Origin: a virus
Reading direction: 5' to 3' (one strand)
DNA length: 64,000 nt
IMG/VR virus record: IMGVR_UViG_3300028364_001588
The position numbers and the translations under genes are program-made. Under the pieces are notes generated by a model that was not told the DNA's origin, ran no database searches, and worked only from the letters and a program-made list of their open reading frames with translations. Every line of letters begins with the position of its first letter. Position 1 is the first letter of the stretch. Positions 38,998 to 48,290 of this stretch are shown here, one piece after another.

Positions 38998-39780
38998 TTA
39001 TATTTTAATCCAACCTTCGCAATAAATATCCTTCGTATCATGAGAAGCAAGCGCTGCTCCAAACCACAAACTTGGAGCTATAACTGTTTTTTCTAAATTT
39101 CTGTTAAGCCAAGCTCCCCACCAACTAAAAGATGAGTTACAAATTATATTATTTTTACAATGACTCATCAAATAAAGGTCTTCATAATCTTTATTACCTT
39201 CAATAAATTTGAATTTTTCAGGTAGGTCTGGAAAGTTGCTCTTACACCATTCTATGTCATCAGAAAATATTAAGAACACAGAATCTTTGGGCATTTTTTT
39301 AATTGCCTTCATATAGTAGTTCATACTTTGAGTGGGGTGGTGATTTGGTGACTTTAGATAATCGCCTCTTCTAACGTGAATAGAACAAGTGTTTTCATTA
39401 CTAAGAATATCTTGCATTTCTTCACTAATATCCACATCGTATGACATAAACTCTTTTCTTATGTCCTCTTCGCAGTCTTTAAAGTATTTCTCAGACTGAT
39501 AATAACCAGACAAAAGCACGTTTCTATCTGGATAGTCTGGAACCTCTTGATAATGGAATCCATTTTCATTATGTTGTATTTGTGAGTTTATAGGATTAGA
39601 AAACTCTATATTTTTTAATATATTATCTTCATATGTGTCAATGCTTTTGTGTACAATAACAACTCCTTCTTTATATAAAATAAGTTCTTTGTTAAATTTT
39701 TTTGAATATGAGTATGCAACTGCTATTTGAAATAGTATGTTGCCAATTCCGCCCTGAAGGGTTGTAGTTACTTTATTCAT
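38998..39780 (-). CDS. GT11 alpha-1,2-fucosyl/colitosyltransferase
   Basis: GGIGNILFQ, GYYQSEKYF, SIHVRRGDY, FSDDIEWC, NSSFSWWGAWL. Confidence 0.93.
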   Translation of the reverse strand: MNKVTTTLQGGIGNILFQIAVAYSYSKKFNKELILYKEGVVIVHKSIDTYEDNILKNIEFSNPINSQIQHNENGFHYQEVPDYPDRNVLLSGYYQSEKYFKDCEEDIRKEFMSYDVDISEEMQDILSNENTCSIHVRRGDYLKSPNHHPTQSMNYYMKAIKKMPKDSVFLIFSDDIEWCKSNFPDLPEKFKFIEGNKDYEDLYLMSHCKNNIICNSSFSWWGAWLNRNLEKTVIAPSLWFGAALASHDTKDIYCEGWIKI

Positions 39781-40283
39781 TGTTTTTAAAATATTCATCA
39801 AATTTTTCCTTTTTTCTATTCAACTGTATATTAGAATTTTTATATATAATATCAATATCTTTAAGATTGTTAATACCATCATCTTCAAGGTCAATAATAT
39901 TAACATTTCCCATTTCCATTCCATTTTTTTTTCACAAAAACGATTTAGTTATATTGAGGTCGTTATATGGAATTGGATTTGCGTTACTATGTTGACCACA
40001 GGCCTCTTTTCTTATCAAACTCTTTACCATTGAAATCTGCTAAATAAAACTTTGTGTCAGATAAGCTCTCCATATGATTAAAATAAACACTTGTTCTACC
40101 GATTCCAGCTCCAATATCTAAAATAGATTTTGGCTTAGATTTGAATATAAAGCCTTTAACACACTGATACTCATCTTCACTTCTTTCAGTATATTGTTTG
40201 TCAGACTTATTTATTTGAAGATGCTTCAAGTCATCCATTAATTCCTGATTATCACTCTCGAAGTTAAATTTAAAATTACTCAT
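39773..40283 (-). pseudogene. Class I SAM methyltransferase pseudogene
   Basis: ILDIGAGIGR motif I; coding text continues through three frameshifts (GQHSNANPIPYNDLNITKSF / CEK / NGMEMGNVNIIDL...DIDIIY). Confidence 0.7.
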
Positions 40284-41406
40284 TTTCATTGTATATATGA
40301 TTAACATCAGCTCTACTAACAGCAAGTCTAACTGCTGGAGTTTCTCCGATGGCGGTTATTTTGTGTTTCTTTCCTTTTTCTATAAACACAAGGTCTCCTT
40401 CTTTTACTATAATTTCTCTACCTTCAACAGTCCATTTCCATTCTCCGCCAAGAATATACCACCATTCATTCCAATTGTCATGATAATGCATTCTATTGCC
40501 TTCTCCTGGCATTTGACTTATTAAGGTAGCACTGTTGTTTTCTGTATCAACCAAACGTTTACTCCACGATTCATTCTTTGGATTGTTTTCTATAATCTCT
40601 ACAACGCTCACACGTTCATTATTAACATCAAAAAGGTCGTTATTAACAACTCCATCTTTTGCAAGAATACTTGGAACGTCTACTTCAATTCTCTCTTTAT
40701 TTTCTGAGTCGTAATATTCTGGCTCTGCAGGTTCTATTTTAATTGCAGAAGCAACCACTTCAGCTATAACAAAATCTTCTTCATTATCAACATCAATAGT
40801 TGAATATCCGTCAAGCTCATAATATCCAGTACTACGACAACTCCCATGATATGCTGAGCCGAAAGTAGCCATGTCATTTACAAACTCTTTAGAGTTCCAG
40901 GCCATCAAAGCTGTTGCATATATTTTAACTGGAACTACCTCTTGAGACGGAGGTAATGGTAAAGTTCTATCAAAGTTTATCGCTTCATCGCCATAAACAC
41001 AGCTTATTTGAGCGTGTTTAACTGAAATCATGGTTTTGTAATCACCATCTTCCATTGCTTCAACAAAACCTTGAATATCTTCTGGAGTTACAAAAGGCGA
41101 AGTAGGCAATAGTTGATATAAGGTTTCGCACTCGATGTTCTCAATAAAGTCAAGAGCAAAATCATCATTAGTAGCTGTATCACTTGCATGAATATCTGGT
41201 CTTTTATAAAACTTAATACCGTACTCATTAGCAATTTTCTCAAAAACATCTGACTCTGAATTAAGATATATTTCATCAAAACAACCAGATGCTTTTGCAG
41301 CTTCAATTATATAAGCAATCATAGGCTTTCCGTCAATTATACGAAGATTTTTTCTCTTAACTCTTTTGCTGCCCATCCTGGCTGGTATCATTGCTACTCT
41401 TTTCAT
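40276..41406 (-). CDS. CMP-nonulosonate-synthetase-like cytidylyltransferase fused to a cupin domain
   Basis: IPARMGSKRVKRKN, PTSPF, IDVDNEEDF; C-terminal HYH...EWWYI..G...HKI. Confidence 0.88.
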   Translation of the reverse strand: MKRVAMIPARMGSKRVKRKNLRIIDGKPMIAYIIEAAKASGCFDEIYLNSESDVFEKIANEYGIKFYKRPDIHASDTATNDDFALDFIENIECETLYQLLPTSPFVTPEDIQGFVEAMEDGDYKTMISVKHAQISCVYGDEAINFDRTLPLPPSQEVVPVKIYATALMAWNSKEFVNDMATFGSAYHGSCRSTGYYELDGYSTIDVDNEEDFVIAEVVASAIKIEPAEPEYYDSENKERIEVDVPSILAKDGVVNNDLFDVNNERVSVVEIIENNPKNESWSKRLVDTENNSATLISQMPGEGNRMHYHDNWNEWWYILGGEWKWTVEGREIIVKEGDLVFIEKGKKHKITAIGETPAVRLAVSRADVNHIYNENE

Positions 41407-42528
41407 TTATTTTTGTTTAGAATATTCTCTTAAAATATTTTTAAATTCATCATCTGGACGCACCTCTTGTTTGAAAACGTATCCAGGTTCTTTAGAAAGA
41501 ATAAGGCCCAAGTGTGTCTGAGTGTTCTTTTTATCTTTCTTCAATAACTCTATAAATCTATCTAAAAAGTAATCATTTGAGTTATAAAAATCAATCATAA
41601 CTTCTTTAATATATGTTCCTCCCCAAAAGTTTTTAAGAAAACTATTGGATTTCAAATAAGTTTCTTCATTTGATATTCCTATTTTCCACGAAACATAGTT
41701 AGCCATATCCATTCCATGAACCACAGCAATACCATGAGGAACTCCATAATTCGTTAAAGATTCGATAACGTGACCAAAAGAATGTCCATAGTTAAACACA
41801 AGCCTTGGCCCTTTGTCGAACTCATCAATTTCAACCATTCGCTTCTTTATGCGAAGAGATTGTGTAATAACTTCATCAAGTCTATTTCTATCACTGTGAG
41901 CTTCTTTAAAAAACTCAAGTTCAAAACCTCCTTGAATCATAAAATAATGAGCCATTTCTCCTAATCCAGATATTATCTGATTTCCTGGAAGTGTACTTAA
42001 AAAATTTGTGTCAATGATGATTTGATGAGGTGGATAGAATCCTCCAAGTTGATTTTTGTAATTACCAAAGTTTATTGATGATTTGCCGCCAATACAACTA
42101 TCTCCTTGAGCAAGAAGAGTTGTAGGATAAAACACCCAGTCTACACCCCTATATAGAGTAGATGCTATAAATCCAGATATATCTTGAACTACTCCACCTC
42201 CAATAGCTATTATTTTATTTCCTTTTCTAAATCCAGACTCAATTATCTCTCCAACACACTTGCCTACTTCTGAATATTCTTTGCTTTTTTCAGACACATC
42301 AACTACAACTTTCTTGTGAGCCCCAAGAATACCTTGGCCATTAGAGTTCTCAAGCCAATATAAAAATTCTTTCATATTACCATGTTCACTCTGGTCATAT
42401 ATAGACTTATCTATTATGATTACATCACCATCGCTAATTAAACTTCTAATGCTATCATAAAAGCCTTCAAACCTTACTTCGTAGTCATGAATGCTCGACT
42501 TTATTTTAAACGACTGTAAATCCTCCAT
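41407..42528 (-). CDS. 3-dehydroquinate synthase-family sugar-phosphate cyclase
   Basis: IGGGVVQD, PTTLLAQGDSCIGGK, KNQLG, FNYGHSFGH, VPHGIAV. Confidence 0.9.
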   Translation of the reverse strand: MEDLQSFKIKSSIHDYEVRFEGFYDSIRSLISDGDVIIIDKSIYDQSEHGNMKEFLYWLENSNGQGILGAHKKVVVDVSEKSKEYSEVGKCVGEIIESGFRKGNKIIAIGGGVVQDISGFIASTLYRGVDWVFYPTTLLAQGDSCIGGKSSINFGNYKNQLGGFYPPHQIIIDTNFLSTLPGNQIISGLGEMAHYFMIQGGFELEFFKEAHSDRNRLDEVITQSLRIKKRMVEIDEFDKGPRLVFNYGHSFGHVIESLTNYGVPHGIAVVHGMDMANYVSWKIGISNEETYLKSNSFLKNFWGGTYIKEVMIDFYNSNDYFLDRFIELLKKDKKNTQTHLGLILSKEPGYVFKQEVRPDDEFKNILREYSKQK

Positions 42529-43207
42529 CTACGATAATGTTTTGACCTGTTATATATGTATTTTCCTTGCTGCACATAAAACAAACAACATTAGCCATTT
42601 CTTCTACTTCAGCAAGTCTTCCGAGAGGAATCTTAGAAGCATACCCATCCATCTCTTCCTGAGAAAGAGATTCTTTAGTTAAGTCCGTAAGCGTAAATCC
42701 AGGAGACACACAATTAACAAGGATGTTATCTGGGCCAAGCTCAATAGAAAGAGCTCTGGTCATGCCAGTAAGCCCTGCTTTTGTTGTTGAATAAAGACTT
42801 CTCTTTTCTCTCGATGTGACGCTCATTATTGATGATATATTAACAATGTGTCCACTACCTCTTTTTTTCATAGAGATAGCAGCTGCCTTGCACAAAAAAT
42901 ATGGAGCCTTTAAGTTAACATCAAAAAGTCCATCATAATCTTCTACGCTAACTTCTGGAATTAATTTTATATTATTAATTCCTGCGTTGTTTATTAAGAC
43001 ATCAATCTCTAAACCCTCAAGCTCTTTGAAAAATCTTGGAGAAGTATAGTATGGATTAGAGAAGTTCATTCGAATATACTGAAAACCTTCAATATCTGGG
43101 TCTTCTCCAGTGCCAGTTATGATAACATCACAACCGTTTGCTTTGAATTGGTCTGCAATAGCTCTTCCAATACCTCTTGTGCCGCCTGTAACAAGAACTG
43201 TTCTCAT
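42506..43207 (-). CDS. Short-chain dehydrogenase/reductase
   Basis: TGGTRGIG, NNAG, YSTTK, PG, VDGG. Confidence 0.93.
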   Translation of the reverse strand: MRTVLVTGGTRGIGRAIADQFKANGCDVIITGTGEDPDIEGFQYIRMNFSNPYYTSPRFFKELEGLEIDVLINNAGINNIKLIPEVSVEDYDGLFDVNLKAPYFLCKAAAISMKKRGSGHIVNISSIMSVTSREKRSLYSTTKAGLTGMTRALSIELGPDNILVNCVSPGFTLTDLTKESLSQEEMDGYASKIPLGRLAEVEEMANVVCFMCSKENTYITGQNIIVDGGFTVV

Positions 43208-43210
43208 TTC

Positions 43211-43837
43211 TTATTCTTCTGTACTCTTATCATCAAGAGGTCTTGACAATGGTTGAGATACACTTTTTCTCATTCTCTCCGCCTTAATAGTTGGACATTT
43301 AGCGCCACAAGCATGAATAAGCTGGTAGAAAAGTACAAGTGTTAAAATCTCTGTTGTGTGAAAATATTCTGTATCAAAAGTAAGCTCATGAACCCCTTCT
43401 GGTAATACATCAGAACGCTGTCCAGAAATCATTGCAGCCTTATAACCATGTTGTTTAGCCCAATAAAGAGCAGACACTACGTTTTTCGATGTTCCAGAAC
43501 ATGAAAGACCTACTACAAGAGCGTCTTTGCTAATTTTATCAGTCTTTTCAAAAAGACCTAACCATTCAACAAATAAATTGTTAAACCCATAGTCATTAGC
43601 AACAGATGTCATCATACACTGACTTTCCATTGTATATACCATCTTTTTTATATCGGCTTTAGCAAACAATCTATTACAATCGTCTGCAGCATGATTACCT
43701 ACAGCCCAAAGACCTCCGTTTGCAACAACGTAAACTTCGCTGCTTTCTTTAAACATTTTCAAAAATTCTTTGTATTCTTCTGTTTCCAAAGTATTCGCAA
43801 ACCTTTCTTCAAAGTTCTCAAAATCAAGATGTTTCAT
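43211..43837 (-). CDS. SIS-domain sugar-phosphate isomerase (GmhA-like)
   Basis: ANGG, H.A.D, TSVANDYG, LSCSGTSKNV, EIL. Confidence 0.8.
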   Translation of the reverse strand: MKHLDFENFEERFANTLETEEYKEFLKMFKESSEVYVVANGGLWAVGNHAADDCNRLFAKADIKKMVYTMESQCMMTSVANDYGFNNLFVEWLGLFEKTDKISKDALVVGLSCSGTSKNVVSALYWAKQHGYKAAMISGQRSDVLPEGVHELTFDTEYFHTTEILTLVLFYQLIHACGAKCPTIKAERMRKSVSQPLSRPLDDKSTEE

Positions 43838-43839
43838 AA

Positions 43840-43868
43840 TTTTTATATTTTTTATATTTTTTATATTT
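43840..43868. repeat. Short tandem repeat, (TTTTTTATA) x ~3
   Basis: Seen directly upstream of the SIS gene start. Confidence 0.6.
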
Positions 43869-43916
43869 TATTTTATCAAAAATACTAAAAAAAAAAGTAC
43901 GAACCAAATGTATTTG

Positions 43917-44669
43917 TTATTTATCTACAAATAATTCATCAAATTCTACGTATTCTAAAAACTCATTTATTGGAGAATCTGGTGAACTTGATATAATTTC
44001 AAAATCAGGTATACTTTTTTGTTGCTCTGAGAAAAGCTTCCAGTAGTGCGTGCCTGCGTGATAAGTGTCTTTTCCTTGGTTTACTCCCTCTTTGAACGTT
44101 TTAATATCAAAGTAGTCTGGTCGAAAATGACTTAAATCCTCGTTTGAAGCAACGCTTGCGCTTCTACTAACATATTTAGCATCCACACCCAAAAGAACTA
44201 CTCTTTTATATCCAAGAGAACGAGCGACATCCACAGCGCATGCTCCAGCGTTTCCACAGAAGCTAACCCTCTTTCCATCAAGTTCATGACTCGTATCTTT
44301 GGTGGTTTTTAAAAGACTCCCACTTCCGCAGTCAGATATTCTGACTATTTTTTCTCCATTTTCTGACCTCATTTTATCAACCCATCCCGACATTTTGTAA
44401 GGATTGCCAAGGTGTTTCATTATGAAAAGCTTTTTAATATCTCTTTCTTTTATTATGCTTTCTATATCTTTGTGAATTGTTTTTATCAACTTAGAGTCTA
44501 TAATAAGATAATAAGTTGGAGTGAACCCCCAGTCATCATAAGCAATATACTGTCTATTCATACTAATCGTATTTTGACCAGCCAGTTTAGACATATCTAT
44601 TTTGTTTAAGCTTTTTCCACTGCCTATGATAAAAACAGTATCCTTATTTGCTATCTTATCGTTTTTCAT
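43917..44669 (-). CDS. GT42/Maf (DUF115)-like CMP-sugar transferase, copy 2
   Basis: FIIGSGKSL, SMNRQY, LGYKRVVLLGVD, HF..DYF. Confidence 0.7.
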   Translation of the reverse strand: MKNDKIANKDTVFIIGSGKSLNKIDMSKLAGQNTISMNRQYIAYDDWGFTPTYYLIIDSKLIKTIHKDIESIIKERDIKKLFIMKHLGNPYKMSGWVDKMRSENGEKIVRISDCGSGSLLKTTKDTSHELDGKRVSFCGNAGACAVDVARSLGYKRVVLLGVDAKYVSRSASVASNEDLSHFRPDYFDIKTFKEGVNQGKDTYHAGTHYWKLFSEQQKSIPDFEIISSSPDSPINEFLEYVEFDELFVDK

Positions 44670-44674
44670 AATAT

Positions 44675-45403
44675 TTAAAATAATTCATCAAACTCTATAT
44701 ATTCTAAGAACTCATTTATTGGAGAACCTGGAGAGCTTGATATAATTTCAAAATCAGGCATGCTTTTTTGTTGCTCTGAGAAAAGCTTCCAATACTTTGT
44801 GCCTGAATTAACTCCATCTGGACCCTGATGTACTCCTTGCTTAAAAGTGTTAACATCAAAATAGTCAGAACGAAAGTGACTCAAATCCTTATTGGCCTTA
44901 ACACTTTCTTTTCTGTCAGTGTATTTAGCGTCTATTCCTAATAGTACAACTTTTTTGTATCCAAGAGAACGAGCGACCTCTACAGAACAAGCGCCAGCAT
45001 TGCCATCAAATCCCATTCTTTTATTGTCTAAGTCAGGTCCTGATGTTACAAATCTTTCGCTTCCACCTGTGTGTATTTTCACTATCTTATCGCCTTTTTC
45101 TTTTTTCATTATATCAATCCATGCTGCCATTTGATTCTGTGGATGATGCATGATGAAAAATTTTTTAATATCTGACTCTTCTTTTATTAATTTCTCCACG
45201 TCTTTGTGAATCGTATTTATTAGTTGAGCATCTATAATAAGGTAGTAAGTTGGAATAAATCCCCAGTCATCATAAGCAATGTACTGTCTATTCATACTAA
45301 TCGTGTTGTGATTAGCCAATTTAGACATATCCACTTTATTTAGACTATTGCCACTGCCAATAATAAAAACAGTGTCTTTGTCTGCTATTTTTTTATTCTC
45401 CAT
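44675..45403 (-). CDS. GT42/Maf (DUF115)-like CMP-sugar transferase, copy 1
   Basis: Tandem paralogue of 43917-44669 with long identical stretches. Confidence 0.7.
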   Translation of the reverse strand: MENKKIADKDTVFIIGSGNSLNKVDMSKLANHNTISMNRQYIAYDDWGFIPTYYLIIDAQLINTIHKDVEKLIKEESDIKKFFIMHHPQNQMAAWIDIMKKEKGDKIVKIHTGGSERFVTSGPDLDNKRMGFDGNAGACSVEVARSLGYKKVVLLGIDAKYTDRKESVKANKDLSHFRSDYFDVNTFKQGVHQGPDGVNSGTKYWKLFSEQQKSMPDFEIISSSPGSPINEFLEYIEFDELF

Positions 45404-45414
45404 CTCTTTTTAAT

Positions 45415-46152
45415 TTATAAACTTGTGATTTGTTTAAAAATATCACTTTTTACTTTGTTATTTATTTTACGCATTTCTTCAATATCACTTTCTGTTATCT
45501 TCCTGTTCTTATATTGTTCATAGTTAAACGTTTCAATTCCATTTTGACATTCCACTTGTAATCCACAAAAAAGCATTTCCAAATATTTTGCTTTGTTTTG
45601 ATATGCTACCTCTCCAGCCTCTCCCTTCCCCTCGCTTGTCACGTAACCTTTTGAGTGCATAGATGCCATGTAATAAACATCTTTAATAGTGTTTCCTCTA
45701 ATGTGCTTGCACTTATCTGGAAATGTCCTTCCAAATAACTTGTGACCAAAATAACACTGTTTCCCATTACGTTCGTTGTTAAAAACTGGAAAAGGTGTTT
45801 CTGACAAGTAGAAATCGGATATGTATGTATGAACTGAGAATCTATCTTTATATTTTTTATCAAACAATATAAACATATCAACCAGTTCTTCAGCAACAAG
45901 TGTATCGACAAATGGAAACCTTGACTCATCATAAAATAAGGAAATAATTTTAATACCCTGCTCTTTAGCTGATTTCACTTCTTCTTTTCTTCTGCCTATT
46001 AATTCTGGCATGTCTATGAAAAGCCAATATTTAGTTCCATCAAGAGTTTGTCCCTTATCTTCATAAAAGTCAGAAGGATACATTGAGCTAAGTCCATGAA
46101 AACCATGAACTTTATTAAACTCGAAACCTCCATCAAATGTGCATTTAATCAT
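45415..46152 (-). CDS. Hypothetical protein in glycan cluster (possible GT-B fragment)
   Basis: 245 aa; KAKYLEMLFCG resembles GT-B C-terminal motifs. Confidence 0.5.
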   Translation of the reverse strand: MIKCTFDGGFEFNKVHGFHGLSSMYPSDFYEDKGQTLDGTKYWLFIDMPELIGRRKEEVKSAKEQGIKIISLFYDESRFPFVDTLVAEELVDMFILFDKKYKDRFSVHTYISDFYLSETPFPVFNNERNGKQCYFGHKLFGRTFPDKCKHIRGNTIKDVYYMASMHSKGYVTSEGKGEAGEVAYQNKAKYLEMLFCGLQVECQNGIETFNYEQYKNRKITESDIEEMRKINNKVKSDIFKQITSL

Positions 46153-46173
46153 AATGTAATTTTTATAGTATTT

Positions 46174-47070
46174 TTAATCTGTAGATTCTATGTTTTTTTT
46201 CATTATTTCATAAGTCTTTTCAAAACCTTCTTTCAAAGAGTGCTCAGGCTCCCATCCAGTTAAATCTTTCAATAAAGTCACGTCAGCAACAAACTCCATA
46301 ACACCATCTACATCTCTATTTAGCGAAACTATTTCTTTGCCAGAAATTTCTTCAATAATATTAGTAATATCTTCAATCGAAGACATCGAACCACTGCCTA
46401 AATTTAACATACCTACATAATCTGTATCCAAAAGTCTTACAATAGCACTTGCTGCATCTGAAGTGAAAATAAAATCTCTCTTTGGCTTTTTTGACCAAAC
46501 AGATGGATTCTCCTTAGTTAATACATCTTTTATTAGAGTAGGAACTAAGTCTGGCCTTATTAAAGATGTGTCTCCATAAATGTTGCACAATCTTATATTT
46601 ACTATTGGAACTTCTTTCTTATAAAACTCAACAACCTGCTCAGCTAAAAACTTGCTAAAAATGTATTCATTTTGATATGGATGAAGCTCATCTGATTCAT
46701 TAACTGGCCTTCCCTTGGGTTCGTTTCCATATAGCAATATACTTGTAAAGCACACAAACTTGTCTATGTTTCTATTCTTCATATAGTGCAAAACTTTCTT
46801 AAGAGGAATTACATTATAGTCAAGCCCCATCGTACAGCTTGCATTTATTTCGTGGTGATTTGAATTCCCTATTAGGAATATAACATTATCAAACTCAACA
46901 TCATCAAGTAAATGTAGGCTATCCATATCAGGCACATGAATGTGTTCGTTTTCAATTTTAGAACCTGGTTGAGAAGGGTGATTTCTACCAACGGAAACAA
47001 TCTCTGGATAGTCTCTAAGAAAGATGTGTCCAAGAAATCCGCTTCCTCCGAATAATATTGTTTTTTTCAT
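46174..47070 (-). CDS. NAD-dependent sugar epimerase/dehydratase
   Basis: GGSGFLG, YIFSK, RLCNIYG, RDFIF. Confidence 0.9.
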   Translation of the reverse strand: MKKTILFGGSGFLGHIFLRDYPEIVSVGRNHPSQPGSKIENEHIHVPDMDSLHLLDDVEFDNVIFLIGNSNHHEINASCTMGLDYNVIPLKKVLHYMKNRNIDKFVCFTSILLYGNEPKGRPVNESDELHPYQNEYIFSKFLAEQVVEFYKKEVPIVNIRLCNIYGDTSLIRPDLVPTLIKDVLTKENPSVWSKKPKRDFIFTSDAASAIVRLLDTDYVGMLNLGSGSMSSIEDITNIIEEISGKEIVSLNRDVDGVMEFVADVTLLKDLTGWEPEHSLKEGFEKTYEIMKKNIESTD

Positions 47071-47076
47071 AATGAT

Positions 47077-47286
47077 TTATTTATATGATTTAAGTTTCTC
47101 AAACTCTTCTTCTGTCAATTTGAATTCTGTTATAAATTCATCAATTATTATTTCTGAATTTGAATTATAGTATGTATTATAAATTCTTTCTCCTACTTGT
47201 ATTTTACAACCAGACGTAGACCTTAGTGACATTTCAAGCAATTCTTTGTTAGAAAAGTTTGTGTTATTTTTTTCTATTTTCTCCAT
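47077..47286 (-). CDS. Small hypothetical protein
   Basis: 69 aa, fills the gap in the operon. Confidence 0.5.
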   Translation of the reverse strand: MEKIEKNNTNFSNKELLEMSLRSTSGCKIQVGERIYNTYYNSNSEIIIDEFITEFKLTEEEFEKLKSYK

Positions 47287-47287
47287 G

Positions 47288-48034
47288 TTATTTATATGTT
47301 TTAATTTTTTTTAAAAAAGGTTTATTAGCAACTTCCTTATGAACACTCCACTGTAGCTGCTGGTCTACTTTGTCATCGCTAATAGGGTTATCTCTATTGT
47401 AGATATAAAGTATTGTATCATTAAACACTGTTTTCTCATGTCCAGCCATTTCTAAAATTGGAAACATGATAACAGTATCATAAGAACTTTTATAAAAATC
47501 TCCACTTTTATCTTTTAGTCCAGAGAAATTCTCATCCTGCTCTTCCATTGATTGATACAAACCTGCTCTGAAAGTTCTTAGGTGAGACACTTTAAATGGA
47601 ATGTTTCTAATATTAGAAAATTCTTCTGGAGAATATGCTCTTGCAAATCCTCTTTGACCATTTGTCCAATTTGCTTGACCATACATAATCCAACAATCCT
47701 CTTCTTTGTATTGTTCATCAATATAGGAAAGAACTTTTTTATTTGGAAACCAATCATCTCCATCCAAAAGCACAACTATGTCATCTGGGTCACAATGGTC
47801 CATAATAGCGTTGTGAATATTTTCAAGAGCTGTCTTACGAACTTCATTCTTAATTATAGTTGCCCTGTCATCATCATGAGGTAGTTTATCATAAGAGCCA
47901 TCTGTTGACATATCATCAATGAAAATAACTTCATAGTTATCATATTTCTGTGACATTGCTGTAGCAACACATTTCTCTAAAAATTCTCCTGGGTTGTAAA
48001 AAGGTGTGATTACCTTCATTCTATTATTGCTCAT
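47288..48034 (-). CDS. GT2 glycosyltransferase
   Basis: ITPFYN, IDDMSTDGS, LDGDD. Confidence 0.9.
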   Translation of the reverse strand: MSNNRMKVITPFYNPGEFLEKCVATAMSQKYDNYEVIFIDDMSTDGSYDKLPHDDDRATIIKNEVRKTALENIHNAIMDHCDPDDIVVLLDGDDWFPNKKVLSYIDEQYKEEDCWIMYGQANWTNGQRGFARAYSPEEFSNIRNIPFKVSHLRTFRAGLYQSMEEQDENFSGLKDKSGDFYKSSYDTVIMFPILEMAGHEKTVFNDTILYIYNRDNPISDDKVDQQLQWSVHKEVANKPFLKKIKTYK

Positions 48035-48290
48035 TTGTTATGTTTTTAACGTGTTCATCTAATCTCTTGATAACAGACCTAAAGTCTTCATCAACTTCTT
48101 CTCCTACCACATATTTTGGATACACACATTCAACTCTAATGTTTGATTCATCTCTTACTGGAATAAAATACTGAGTCAATTCTTCATCTTTGAGACCTTT
48201 GCTTATGGTATCAATATGTTCTTCCACATCGCTGTGGTCTAAATTTCCAATACCAATATAGTATGCTATTATAATTTTTTTATTGCTCAT
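48024..48290 (-). CDS. Small hypothetical protein
   Basis: 88 aa, overlapping both neighbours in the operon. Confidence 0.55.
   Translation of the reverse strand: MSNKKIIIAYYIGIGNLDHSDVEEHIDTISKGLKDEELTQYFIPVRDESNIRVECVYPKYVVGEEVDEDFRSVIKRLDEHVKNITNEQ

Noticed and set aside
41407-42528. aroB as a shikimate-pathway auxiliary metabolic gene
   Set aside because: No other aro genes in the window and it is tightly coupled to sugar-nucleotide genes, so no gene symbol was assigned.
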